Origin: Lama guanicoe
Taxonomy: Eukaryota
Assembly: GCA_013239625.1 (NCBI GenBank)
Contig: MU057357.1
Span: 21,713,298-21,777,297, forward strand
Length of the DNA stretch: 64,000 bases
Direction of reading: 5' to 3'
In this document: in pieces, positions 1-12,855 of the stretch
How the letters are laid out: each line of letters starts with the position of its first letter
Position numbering within the stretch: the first letter of the stretch is position 1
Notes under the pieces: model-generated
Databases searched by the model: none
Told to the model about the DNA's origin: nothing
What the model saw: only the letters and a program-made list of their open reading frames with translations
Program-made: the position numbers and the translations under genes

Positions 1-1611
1 TGGATAGTCATTGAATATCTCAATCATTTCCAAACAAAATACCAGAACATTAGTCCTGAACATAGGTTTATCTACTTTTGCCTTCTTATTACATAGAGAA
101 ACTTGAGATATTTGGACTTACTAGTAAACATGGTTTGGTTTTTTTTTGCCACATTGGAAAACTTATGAGGAAGAATATACTTCTAGAGATTATGAATTGT
201 ATTTATAAATTTGCCAGTCCACAGAATGCCAGTATAAGAGACAGTCCACAATTTTTTACTTCTTAGTTTTCACTGTGAATTAAAGATGCTAAGTCTTGTT
301 TTAATCAATATATGTAATTAAAACTACTTAGAAAAAATAAGGATGAAGGAAAACAACTGTGCATGAAAAAGATAAGGAAAGTAAAATGACTGATTGCTCC
401 AGAATGAGAAAGAGGAAAAACAAACGGGGGGCAAAACTGTGGAAAGTCTGTGGCAAAGGAATCTTAGGAAACAAATTTTGTGTGTTATCAGGCTGGCTAA
501 GATCAGAATGAATTTATTTAAGTTAAAAAAATGAGCTTTAATAGCAAAAGTACACTGGTACAAAATTAGAATTTGGTGTTCTCTGGCAAAATGACAAGGT
601 TTTATTGGACTTTTGGTAAATCTTTTGATAACAGATTGTGAAATTTTCCTAATTTTTTAAGTAACCTGCCTGTACAGTGAAGATTTTGTATCTTATCAAA
701 ATAACTTACTGTCCTTAACATATCTTTATCAGATCTTTGACTACTTAGGAAAACCCAACCTTCTCAATATTAAAAGAGCCAAGTTTTGCTTACAACTATG
801 TAACCTTCTACATTTGCCTGTAACAGAATCTACTGTCACTTTGGTTAAATGGATTATTTTTGACAAATTTCCCCCAAATCAAATTCTAAATGAAGTTTTT
901 TGACCTCAAACTATATTGGGGATTTTCCAAACGGCCCCTTGAACATTTCAAGAGATCTGTTCTCTCTCCTTATAAAACAAGAGATGTTAAACTAATTAGG
1001 CTTATTTGATATGTTTACATTGGGAAACACTGTCAAATACGTAATACTAAGCCTTCTATAGGTGTATATCATAAGTGTTCCAGAAATTGTATGAAATGCT
1101 TGGAAATCTTATATGTTCTGGTTAATGTTATCAGTCATGACTCCAGGTACTATCTTAAAATGTTGTATATCGCAGAAATAAATACATTTCCTTAGCAAAT
1201 GAGTTCTCACCAGATTTTTAACAATGGAAATTTTAAAATATTTTGTAATTTACAGACAGTTACTGTTTTTTTTGCAAAAGCAAGACTCACGAAAAGGACC
1301 TTATCAAGTGCTCCTGACCACTGACACTGCTGCAAACCTAGAAGGCATTAAACTCTGGGTACACATTTCACAGCTAAAGAAAGCTCCACCTGACATTTGG
1401 TCCAGGACAAACTCTGGAGACCTCAAGTCAAACTGACCAGAAAAAAAGAGAATGACCAACTTAAAAGGTGTGAACCTTAAGTCATGACCTGTGAATAGCA
1501 CTCAGGGAATTAGCAAAAACTGCAAGAACTTCAGAATAGTAGCTGGGGGTAGTGCTAATGCCTTAGATTTTGATCACATCTCTCAGGCTAAGAGTCTCAT
1601 CAAAAGAGAAT
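1..1611 (+). mobile_element. Degenerate ERV1-class internal sequence with integrase C-terminal remnant
   Basis: 1293-~1390 encodes KGPYQVLLTTDTAANLEGIKLWVHISQLKKAP, the GPY/F-type integrase C-terminus of gamma-like ERVs. A purine tract precedes the LTR. Confidence 0.8.
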
Positions 1612-2010
1612 TGTTTTAAAAAAAAAAAAAAGACAACTGGCCCAAAATGGAGTCATTTGTGCTAAGCCCCACTTCACCAAACTGAAACTTAATACCTTAT
1701 ATAGTTTCAGCCTCCCCCAGGATGGAATCTTAAACCAATCAACCAGGAATTATCTGGTCAGCACTAGTAAGGTAATCTGCCTGACAGACCCCTTGTCATC
1801 CCCTAAAGGAAGATGACATTTGCCACAATCAGCTCTTTACTGCTATAACTTCCCTGTCCTACCCTCTTCTGCCTATAAAAGTCTTTCATTGTGTACAGCA
1901 CTTCAGAGTTCTTCCCTATTTGCTGGATGGGATGCTGCCCAACTGATGAACCACTGAATAAAGCCAATATGATCTTTAAAATTTACTCAGTTGAATTTTG
2001 TTTCTTAACA
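1612..2010 (+). mobile_element. ERV1 3' LTR (MER4-group-like)
   Basis: TGTT...AACA inverted termini, TATAAAA at ~1875 and AATAAA at ~1957; follows the purine tract aaaagagaa. Confidence 0.8.
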
Positions 2011-4389
2011 CTCTGAACGTAGCCTGGCATGTAGCAAGTGCTTTATAAGTATTTGTTGAATAAGTAAATTATATTTCAAACTTTAAAGAACTTTCATTAC
2101 ATGTATAAAATGAACACTTTTGTTTGCCTCTTAAACACTACAATCATCTTTTTGTTTGTAACATTTTTTAGCCACCTTCCCATTTAAAAACAAACCATCT
2201 CCCTAAATCCTAATTAAACTAAGATATTTTGCCACATCTTGATTCATAATGACTTGCCCCAAAGCAGATATAAAATGCTAAGTGAACTGCACACTCGTTT
2301 TATCTTCTCACCTGAAAAGCATACCTTTACATCCTTCAGTGCAAAATCTAGAATGTCCTCATCACCACCCATGGATTAGGGTAAAGCAATTGCAGTCAAC
2401 AGACAGAGCCCTCCAAGTAGCACAAGAGGAACATGGCCTCTCTTCTCCCTCTTCCGTGACCAACAACCAGAGATTTCACTGTTGGCTTTTGTCCTGACTT
2501 TACCAACGTGACTCACTTTTAACAGTGTAAATATGGATCCACTTTTATATGAATTTCCGTATTAGAAAAGTCTGCTCACTTAACACAAAGCACTATTTGA
2601 ATCACAAGCTTTTTTTTTTTCCTCAGAAGTGATTAAGAATTGTGGAAAATTATTTTTTTCTCTTTTTGAATAGAAATGACTAACGTTTTAACAGAATGAT
2701 TTTTGCTGAAAATAAGCATAATCAAGAGATTTAAAAAAAAAAAAGAAAAGAAAACTGGAAGTGAGGGATTCCCCTGCATCAAACTATAAGGGTTATTTAG
2801 CTGTCTCCAAGAAGATGAAGAAAACTATGAACATAATAGCTGAATTATTGAGAAAGAAAAATATATTATACAAAGACCAGAAAATAGAGTGGGAGAGAAA
2901 GGTCTGTAATGGCTTGGCTGCTAAAGGACATTTTTAAACTCCTGCCAGCACTAAGTGCTCTTCCCAATGAATAAACCATATGCCCATTTTTATATGCTTC
3001 CTTTCACTAAGATTCTGCTACTTCACAGTATTCCCTTTGTCCCAGTCCCTGCCTCATCTTCTGCCCACCCCTCTGCATGGTTACCCCATCCCTCACTTCA
3101 CCTCCTTGGGCAACCAGTATTTGTGTCCTCGCTACCAACTTGAACATCTGCTACCTGAAAAAAGAAAAATCACCTCATTGCCCAACATCCTCCAGGGCAA
3201 AAAGTTTGAAGGATTCAGCATCCTCAAAACACAGCCACAGAAGGGGGAAAAAAAAGAAGAAGAAGAAGACGCATATCTTTTCCAGCTCAGTAAATTCTAT
3301 CTATATAAAGATCAAGCGAATAACACTTTTAAAAATTCTTCAATGCAAGCAAATCCATGTTACCAACAACATACTGTCTTTCTTTATGCATAGACAGAGA
3401 CCCACACATTTTATTTTATTTCGTCTTTGCAAGTGTGTCTCTTTTTCAACATATTACCATATAGAAGAGATAGAGCATATATATAACTCTAGAGAACAAA
3501 GCGCCAATATTTCCCTTCTTTCTCCTGGATGGTTTTCTGTCTTTCTCTCTCCCTCTCTCTCTTTTTTTAATGTCCCAAAACACTTCCTCTGCTGAAAGAT
3601 AAGAAAATATTTTCACTGAATTAAAGTGAGCTCTGTGTTAAAACAGCTTGCCTGAATCCAACCGGAGCCCATGTTTTTAAACTTCTTCTCAGCATTTGGT
3701 CAGTGGCTCTCCCCACTCCACTCACTTCTATCAGAAGACTCGTCTCCAACCTGAACTCCCATCACCATTTACCTTTGCCTTTAAGCTTTTACTAGTCCAC
3801 TTCCTTGCTATGTCTGCACTTAATTTGATTCTGTCCTTCATGCTTTTTTCATTATTCTTAGTTCATCCACATCACATAAATTATCACCTTTGTTTTCAGT
3901 TCCCCATGTGCCCCCTTCACACTAATTCCAGATAAATACTCCTGATTCTTATCCATTTAATCCAAATTAATTCATATTCCCTCTCCGCATCCTCTATCTC
4001 CACCTCTACTTCTCCTCCTGTCTATTTCTTTTTCTTATAGCACCTGCTTTTCCCTCCATGCTTGCCTCTGCAGAGGCTTTACTGACAAAATGCTTCCAGA
4101 GGGTGCAAGGCGATTGCTGCCTGTGATGTTTTAGGAAAGCCATGCTCTACATTACTGCCAACTGCACTGGTCCAACAGCTGCACATCCAATTTCACCCTC
4201 CACGACTAGTGTCCACGCATCATCACCCCCACACTGAAATTTTGGAAGTGAGGAGGAAAAAACTTCTTCCTTTTTGGTGATATTTAACTTCAAGTGGTTT
4301 ATTTCTAGTTTACAGAAAGCTCTTTTCACAAAATCATCACTAATCTATCATCAGCACTAGTCACGACTACAACCAACCCTATTACCATC

Positions 4390-4612
4390 TTTAATAAGCT
4401 CTTACCATCTGCCAAGTATTTTACATATATTTACTCATTTAATCTTCAAAACAAGCTAGGAGGCAAACACAATTATCCCTATTTTACAGATGAGGAAACC
4501 GAGGCTCAGGGAAGATAAATCACTTTTCCAATTCATAAATCTAAGAAGTGGCAGGGCCAGAATTCACACCCAAGTCAACCTGACTGCAAAGCCCTGTTCT
4601 TAACCACTCTAC
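4390..4612 (-). mobile_element. MIR SINE
   Basis: Core attttacagatgaggaaaccgaggctcag, and an end resembling the reverse complement of the MIR 5' part (cttaaccact). Confidence 0.85.
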
Positions 4613-6796
4613 AGTCCTGCCTTTCTAATAATGCATGGTGCCTTCTGGGGTAAATTCCCCACGGGGAGGAGTCTTTCCGCTTTAATCCACTATAAGGCAA
4701 GTGGTTGCAGGTGCTGGGAAACATAATGAGCTCCACCTTGATAATCGCTCTGAACAGACAACGCCCAAAAAACAAAGCAAACAATGCGTCACTGCTAAGA
4801 GTTATCCCTCTAAAGCATCTGTTGGAAAGAGGGGATAAGAAAAAGAAGAAAGTGCTCTGGAACCCCCCAGAGAGGAATCTCTGCCCCTCCAGAGCTGTCC
4901 AGCCTCCATACTAGGCAGGATGTAGTCTGTCTTCATGTCGGTCATTCAGAAATGTGCTCATAATGTGAATTCCACACCCGCAACAGAACTCCACCTTCTC
5001 CCCTCATCCTGCCTTCGTATCCGGGGGGAGGGGGAGATGAGTCATGGCTGAAGTTGGGAGCAGTGCAATTTTTCCCTTACTTTACCCACTGACTTGAGAA
5101 AGAAAGAAAGAAATATACATAAAAATAACCTTCAGGACAGTATCAGAGAGAAAAAAAAAGCTGACAACAGCAGGAAGGCTTTGCCTTGATGTCTGTGGAC
5201 TGGAGGAATCGATCCCAAACTCCCGTGGGAACCACGAGTGCAATCTGTGCCTGAGCCACGGGTTCGAAAGTTACTGTACAGACCTTCCCATGAGCCAAGC
5301 AAGGGCCCTGTGGGAAAGCGAGTTCGGAATTCGAGAAGAACACGCCCGAGTCCTGTGCTGTGAGGACGCATCATCTGCTCTCGTCTTCCCATGACAGTCC
5401 CTCCAAGGTCCAAGGTGGTGACTGCGCCTAGTCACACATTACACACTCCTGCCTCAGGAAAGCTCCTCTGTCCTGCACAAAGACATGTCACATCCTCTCC
5501 TCCTCCAGAATCTTAGAGCTGAGAGGGGCCTTATGATTGTTTGGCAGATGTGAAATATGAGGTCCAGTGAGGTCCAGGGATGCACTCAAGGTCACAAAGC
5601 AGTTAGTAACAGTGTTAGAACTAGAACCCAGGTTCTCCCAATTTTCCAGCCAATCAACTTTGCACATGTGTTTGATGGCTCAGTCCACAAACCACTGCAG
5701 AGCACCAGGAAGACGAGCTGTGAGCCCTCTCACAGACACATCTCCTAGCTCAGATCCAATCACCCATTTCTTCCTGACAGCACTGCTTCTGCTGCTTACA
5801 CTTCCAGAGCTTCCCCCCGTTCAGCTTGCCTTGTGCACGCAGTATGCAAAAAACTATACCAGCAACACACTGTCGGGGACTCATTTAAAAACCACCAATG
5901 ACAGTAATTGCTCCTGCGATGCTAACCTCAAGAAGAGACACCAGCCCTCAGCTTCCGCCTCAAAACAGAGAACAAAGACCAGATTCAAGGAAAATGCCAA
6001 TCTCACTCTTTTCTCTACAAACCCCACTCTTCCAAATGATCCCATAGCTCCCAAGATCGATGTGATTCCTGGGAGTCACCACAGAAGTCCTGAGTGAAAT
6101 ATCCAGTCCCCATCGGTCCCCACTGCCTTTACCACACACATAGCAATGTAATCACTTTAGCAACTTCTCCGTAACAAGCTCATTNNNNNNNNNNNNNNNN
6201 NNNNNNNNNNNNNNNNNNNNNNNNNNNNNNNNNNNNNNNNNNNNNNNNNNNNNNNNNNNNNNNNNNNNNNNNNNNNNNNNNNNNNNNNNNNNNNNNNNNN
6301 NNNNNNNNNNNNNNNNNNNNNNNNNNNNNNNNAAAAAGAGTGAATAGAGACACCCTGGCTACCTTGTTCAACCGTGAATTCTTTCAAATATACCTCCGCA
6401 GATTCCAGCATTGATCAAAACTGCAGAATTACACTCCTGAACACAATGAAAAGTGTCAGGAAAGTGACAAGCACATCTGTCACGTACGTCGGGGACTCAC
6501 ACCTCCAGGGCCCCTGTTCAGGCATCCTTAAGAGTATTTGACTCTACACTGTGGTTGGCATGGCCCCTGAATGTATCTCCGAGCCAGCGAGTGACAAACC
6601 CATGTCCTGTGCTCGGGACATCTGGAGACCTTAAGGTAACAAGGGAGTCACCCTGCTTCCCCACCCAGGCCCTGCTGCCTCTCTACACCTCCTAGTGGGC
6701 ATGGAAGCCCCTTCTGGGAACAGAGAGAAGCCCTTCCCACCATGAGGCTAAAGNNNNNNNNNNNNNNNNNNNNNNNNNNNNNNNNNNNNNNNNNNN

Positions 6797-7427
6797 NNNN
6801 NNNNNNNNNNNNNNNNNNNNNNNNNNNNNNNNNNNNNNNNNNNNNNNNNNNNNNNNNNNNNNNNNNNNNNNNNNNNNNNNNNNNNNNNNNNNNNNNNNNN
6901 NNNNNNNNNCCTACCCCGCCTTGTTCACTGTCGCTCTGTCCACTCTTAACTGTCCCAGCTGCCGTCACGGCTGCCGCTGCTGTTGCCACCCCTCCCACCT
7001 TTACTGAGCNNNNNNNNNNNNNNNNNNNNNNNNNNNNNNNNNNNNNNNNNNNNNNNNNNNNNNNNNNNNNNNNNNNNNNNNNNNNNNNNNNNNNNNNNNN
7101 NNNNNNNNNNNNNNNNNNNNNNNNNNNNNNNNNNNNNNNNNNNNNNNNNNNNNNNNNNNNNNNNNNNNNNNNNAGAGAAGAGCTGGTCGGCTGGAGGCTG
7201 AGGCAGGTCTCAGATAGCAACTTGTCCCGAGAGAGCAAAATGTCCACTGCTGAGCTCTTCTCGCAGATGGTCGCTTCCACTGGGAGCAGCAGGGGGTCTA
7301 AGTGCCGGAAGCTCTCCTCAATGCACGGGGGAGAAGAAGCGTGCAGGAAGCAGTCCAAGTCCTCCCCGAAGGTCTCCGAGATCCTCCTAGGCTCCGTCTG
7401 TAGGTAGCGTTCCAATTCAAGGCATGT
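6797..7427 (-). CDS. KLF7: KLF7 coding exon 2 (end of activation domain, Ser/Ala-rich region, NLS and zinc finger 1; partly masked)
   Basis: Minus-strand translation TCLELERYLQTEPRRISETFGEDLDCFLHASSPPCIEESFRHLDPLLLPVEATICEKSSAVDILLSRDKLLSETCLSLQPTSSS...SVKVGGVATAAAAVTAAGTVKSGQSDSEQGGVG is recognisable as KLF7 from about residue 35. A polypyrimidine tract and ctgcag|ACATGC give a phase-0 acceptor at 7428/7427. The 3' end lies in the N-run 6754-6909; 6797 is inferred from the recalled 631-nt human exon. Confidence 0.96.
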
Positions 7428-10129
7428 CTGCAGAGGGGAAGGAGAGAGGGAGAGAAACAGCCATCAGAGGCAGAGAACACCACGGGACCACATGCTGACA
7501 GGCAGAGGAAGACACGGGAAGGAATAGAGAACATTTCATGGCTCGTTATCTGAAACTCTCATGTTGAAAGGGCTGACCTTGTTATTTTCTCCCTGGACAC
7601 TTCTGATGGGTTCATAAGGGTCACATATGAGCTCAACTATTATAATTGATGGGGAACTGGAAACCCAGAAGGGCTATCTTACACCATCAAGTTCCCTGAG
7701 AACATTCGATGTTAAAATGATCTCATGCCCAACAATTCAGTTCAGCAGGTGAGATGCTCGGGGCCTCCCTAGGAGTTCCCATGAAAGCAAGAAGCAAATA
7801 GAATCAGACAAGGCTTCCATATCAAGATAGGACTCCCCACAGTCCAACTTCACTTTTCAAAAAGACTTTTTGCAAGTTACAAAAATAAGTCAGTTTTCCA
7901 ACTCGCTCTGAAAGCATAAACGATGCCCACCCAAACTAAGATGTGACTTCAGCCAACAGCAAGTCCTGCCCTGGGAATGGATTCCCTAACCAGTAGGGAT
8001 GGACATTGTTCTAAAGAACGCCTCTTATAAAACCTTTGATGCACAAGACAAAACCCCTGTTGTTTATAGAAAGTTATTCAGAATACAGTTGCTACTCATT
8101 GTGGGGCAAGGAGCGTGAGTCCCATCACAATAGTTTAACATCTCTGACTATGTGATAAAAATAAGTTCAGACACAGCTACCTGAATTGGTAAAGATAAGA
8201 CACAATCTATTTCAATATAAAGTTCTTCCCTGGTAAAGAAATGAGGGGAAAAAAACCCAAAAAGTTTAGAGTTTCAACAAATCTTCATCCATGGTGCTCA
8301 GAAGTCTTTGTAAGATGGTGGAAGTGCTTTTACAAAAAAGCGGATATTTAAGTTTGTAATCTAAAAGCTCTTCTCATTTAAAATCCTACTCTTCCAGAAT
8401 TCGGTAGAAAATCACGATGCTAACTCATGCCATCCATTCAATTTGCTCTAACTTCTGGGCTTCAACAAAGAAACACTGATGGCAAGTTTAAAATGTGACT
8501 AGCTCCTAATTTACTGCCTCCGTAGAGCTTCTACGTTTTCAACCAGTGTTCTGATTCTAGGCTTTTATGCTGTGAAGAATATATTTTAATGATATACCTA
8601 GTTGTGTTGTATCTGTCAAGGATTTTATTTTGGTGACATTTCAAAAGATTGGTTTTTACTCAGCCTTCTGGTAAAACCCTGCATTCCTGAATAAGAAAAA
8701 CAGACTTTTAACGATGAATCACCTTTGGGTCTCACTGTTGATTTTCAACAGTATAAACTAATGAATGGTTCCAATCTTCATTCAGCACTCAGTTCATTCA
8801 ACTACTGTGCTCACAGCAAGGTGCAAGGCTTTCTATGTGTTAGAAGGAGAAGCCACAGAAATAGATTCATGTGATGTAGGTGCAGAATAAACAATTACAA
8901 GCTAAAAATTACATGAATTTACAAGCAGGTGATACTAAATAACATAATAATAAAGTATGTTGATAAGTTCCTGGGGGATGAGTGGACAATGAATTCTACA
9001 TAACATGGAGGTATTAATCAAGGAAAGCTTATTGGAAAAGTAACTTTGATTCTATTTACTTATTGATTAAATAATAACTCTTGCTGAGAAGCTTCTCATC
9101 ACTTTAAATTCAAAACCAACATTACCACCTTCTCAGATCTAGGAATCTACCTTATCCTTATTTGCCCCTTTTCTGAATTCCATGTTTCAAAGATTTTCCC
9201 TTTCCTTTTTCCATCTCAATGCTAGAAATTACCCTTTACTTCTTTCCAATATTGAAACCCTTGGTCTTAGCTCCAATCAATTCACTTCTGAATTTTATAA
9301 GATATCACCCCTGAAACCTCCCTTAAACCTCCCCTTCCCTTTTTAAACCATCATCTACCAAGCACAGTGTCTGCCACTCAACAGGTACACAATGCCTATC
9401 AAATCAACTTTACACTGTTATTTTGAACATTCTATTCTACTCCACTCCTCAAAGGCCATCTGATGACCCTAACCTGGACTAGGCTGAGGCTAGCAATCCT
9501 AGAAATGACCACTAATACATGTTCTGGAATACAACTGTAATGCTCCTTGAGCTTTGCTTACAGAGCAGCACCAGACTTCTGAGACACAGATATGTTTCAG
9601 GTAGAAGTCAGCTGAATCATGGGTTACAAGAGGTCCTTGAGGCAGTTCCCTGCCTCACACACAAGGACTATTTCTTACCCACAGTCACCAATGTCTATGG
9701 ACAAAGCTTTCAAATACCATGTGCTCTTACATAGTTTCTAGCTCAAAGATTCAAAAGTCACTAAGAAATTGTGATTGTTAGTAAGCTCAGATCTCTTCAT
9801 ATTCAGATTTTTAAGGAACAGATATTCTAATGCATTTATATACATACTTTTCAGGGAGGATTAAAAAATAACCCACCCAGTATGCCCTAGTTTGCATCCC
9901 AGAGTACATGGATCACACTAATGATCTAAAGATGGAGATACTTCCCATCACTAAAATGTGGGAAAATCTGGATCACTTAAGAGAGGCTATCACTTGCAGT
10001 CCTAACACAAGGCATTCTTATTCCACCTGAGAGTTACAGAAGCATGAGTGCCCATCAGTATGTGCTGAATAGACCTCTGAAATCATGATGGAATTATTTT
10101 TGTCTTGAGAAATCCACTTCTTAAAATAT

Positions 10130-10690
10130 NNNNNNNNNNNNNNNNNNNNNNNNNNNNNNNNNNNNNNNNNNNNNNNNNNNNNNNNNNNNNNNNNNNNNNN
10201 NNNNNNNNNNNNNNNNNNNNNNNNNNNNNNNNNNNNNNNNNNNNNNNNNNNNNNNNNNNNATGGATGGACCTAGAGATCATCATTCTAAGCGAAATAAGC
10301 CAGAAAGAGAAAGAAAAATACCATATTATATCACTCATATGTGGAATCTAAAAAAGAGAAAAAAAGAGGACACTAATAAACTCATCTACAAAACAGAAAC
10401 AGACTTGCAGACATAGTAAACAATTTTATGGTTACTGGGGGAAAGGGGATGGGAAGGGCTAAATCTGGGAGTCTGAAATTTGCAAATGTTAGCCACTATA
10501 TGTAAAAATAGATTTTAAAAATTTCTTCTGTATAGCACAGGAAACTATACTCAATATCTTGTAATAACCTTTAATGAAAAAGAACATGAAAATGAATATA
10601 TGTATGTATATGCATGAATGGGACACTGTGCTGTACACCAGAAATTGACACATTGTAACTGACTGTACTTCAATTTAAAAAAAAAGAATT
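10130..10690 (+). mobile_element. L1 3' end (artiodactyl/camelid type), 5' part masked
   Basis: atggatggacctagagatcatcattctaagcgaaataagccaga (ORF2 end), a 3' UTR with gcacaggaaactatactcaatatcttgtaataacct, and an A-tail at ~10677-10685. Confidence 0.9.
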
Positions 10691-10899
10691 ATGTTTGAAC
10701 TGGAATAAAAAAAATAGTATCTGCTGGTGATAAAGCTTAAGTAGAGAAAATTTTGTCAATCAGAAACTCATCAGGAGTGTTGGAAGTTAAAATGTCAAGG
10801 ATGAGGAGGATTTCAATGTTAGATTATTTCCAAGCAAAAGAGTTAATCTCCAATGTTCTTAAAAAATAATTGTAAGAACTCCCTTAAGAAACGCCTATG

Positions 10900-12220
10900 A
10901 TGTTTAATTGGAATTTGAGTATTAGGGTATTTACCCATAGATTTTAATACACACACACACACAGGTATATATAGAAATAAATGTGTATATACACATGTAA
11001 GTATACATACATGTACTTCCTAGCTCTGTCAATCAGGAGAAGAGTCTATGAGCAAAGTCACCCCAGTGGCAATGAGCCTGCCTGGCATGAAGATCTTGGT
11101 TTCTAAATATCACTATCCAGTATAGGGATAAACCAGGTTGCCTTGGGGAAATAGTTGATTCAAAGGCTGAGGCAAAGAAAATAAAAGCTGAGCCTAGAAT
11201 AACCAGTGGTACCAGAAGGTAAGGAAGTGCTCATAAAGTGATGAAGGTTGGTCAGGAAGACTGAGGAGCCAACCTGAAGGAGCTCTCAAAGCCCAAATCT
11301 AGGCAATCTGAACAATAAAAATCAATAATGATAATAATAAATAAATAATAAATAATGATAACAATAAACAATAAATGATAATAATAAATAAATAATAAAT
11401 TCTAACCCATGGAATAAAATTAATATCTATGAATCCATAGTGATATAAACAAATGGTTGAACAAATACACTAATGGAGGAGATAGATCAGCTGCTCCTTA
11501 TAGTAAAATTATAATTAATAAACATAGAAGGAATGTTGGAAACAGAAAATCACCATTAGTCAAATAACAAAGTAATAATGACTACAGGCAAGAATCACCA
11601 ATGCATGTTAAAATTAATAGATGAAAGTATAATGAAAAACCAAGATATTTGCCTAGCCTCAAAGTATCCCCCCCACAATGAGACATTTATTAATTACAAA
11701 GACAAAAATAATAATTTTACAGTAGGGAAACCTGGCATGTGACACCTTAACCGTACGATGAAATTTAGCAGCATATTGACATTATGTTCCCCTGACACCA
11801 CAGGCTGAAAGGACATGACATTATTCTGTGCCATTCTTGCCAAAAGTACACAACCTCAATCTAATCATGAGAAAACATCATCCAAGTTGAGGGCCATTCT
11901 ACAAAATAACTAGCCAAAATTCTTTAAAAGTATCAAGGTCATAAAGAACAAAGAAAACTGAGAAGCCGTCACAAACAGAAGGAAACTAAGGAGATAAGAC
12001 AACTAAATGCAAAGATCTCAGCCTGGATCCGGGATGAGAAAAAGGATATTGGTGGGAAAAAAAACAATGTAATTCAAATAAAGTGTATAGATCAGTTCAT
12101 GGTATTGTATCAATGTTAATTTCCTGTACTATGATTCTGTAACATTAGGGAAACTGAGAAAAGTATACAGGAACTCTATGTGCTATTTTTGCAACTTTTC
12201 TGTAAATCTAAATAATCTGA
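10900..12220 (+). mobile_element. Old L1M (L1MC/ME-like) 3' fragment with internal AAT-rich repeat
   Basis: Typical 3' UTR motifs: aatctaatcatgagaaaacatca, ggaactctatgtgctatttttgcaacttttctgtaaatctaaa. Confidence 0.75.
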
Positions 12221-12661
12221 GAGAGAGAGAGAAAAAAAATATCCATCAACAAACCAGGAGTGTCTGCAGACTGCAAATTTCAATATAGATGCAAATGTTC
12301 GTTTGTCCACCAGAACAAGAGATTTACTCTGTCCCAATGACACTCTAGCCAGCAAACTCCAAATTGGTGTCGGCAGGTGTCAATATAATGACATAAATCA
12401 CGGCTGTCTGGTACCTCACCTTGGAGAAATGAGGCTTCCCTCAGCCTGACCTAACAATACAGCTTAAGGCCTGACCCACCGGATCAGCCTCCAGCTTCTT
12501 AAAAATCCACTACAGTCAGCAATGGGAAGGAAATGTGCCCAAGTGCAGAGTGACTTTCTTATTATTTATGAGTCAGATGAGTTCTGTGAAGGCTCTCTGG
12601 TATCTCAACTTCAGAATGCATGGCTGCTGCTTCTCCTAGTTTTCTAACAAATATCACCTGG

Positions 12662-12855
12662 GTTTTTTTTTTTAACATTTTTTTTTATTGAGTTATAGTC
12701 ATTTTACAATATTGTGTCAAATTTCCAGTGTAGAGTACAATTTTTCAGTTATACATGAACATACATATATTCATTGTCACATTTTTTTTGCTGTGAGCTA
12801 CCAAAAGATCTTGTATACATTTCCCTGTGCTATACACTATAATCTTGTTTATTGA
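12662..12855 (-). mobile_element. Short camelid L1 3' end
   Basis: Poly-T followed by tttacaatattgtgtcaaatttccagtgtagag...tttccctgtgctataca, similar to the reverse complement of 10520-10690. Confidence 0.85.

Noticed and set aside
2955-6097. ORFs of 137-176 aa in intron 2
   Set aside because: Low-complexity or random composition with no domain similarity; expected by chance.
6648-7415. 255-aa ORF as a complete gene
   Set aside because: It is an internal exon. The start is a TTG five codons into exon 2, and the tail (FSLMVGRASL...) is intron 2 read-through across N.
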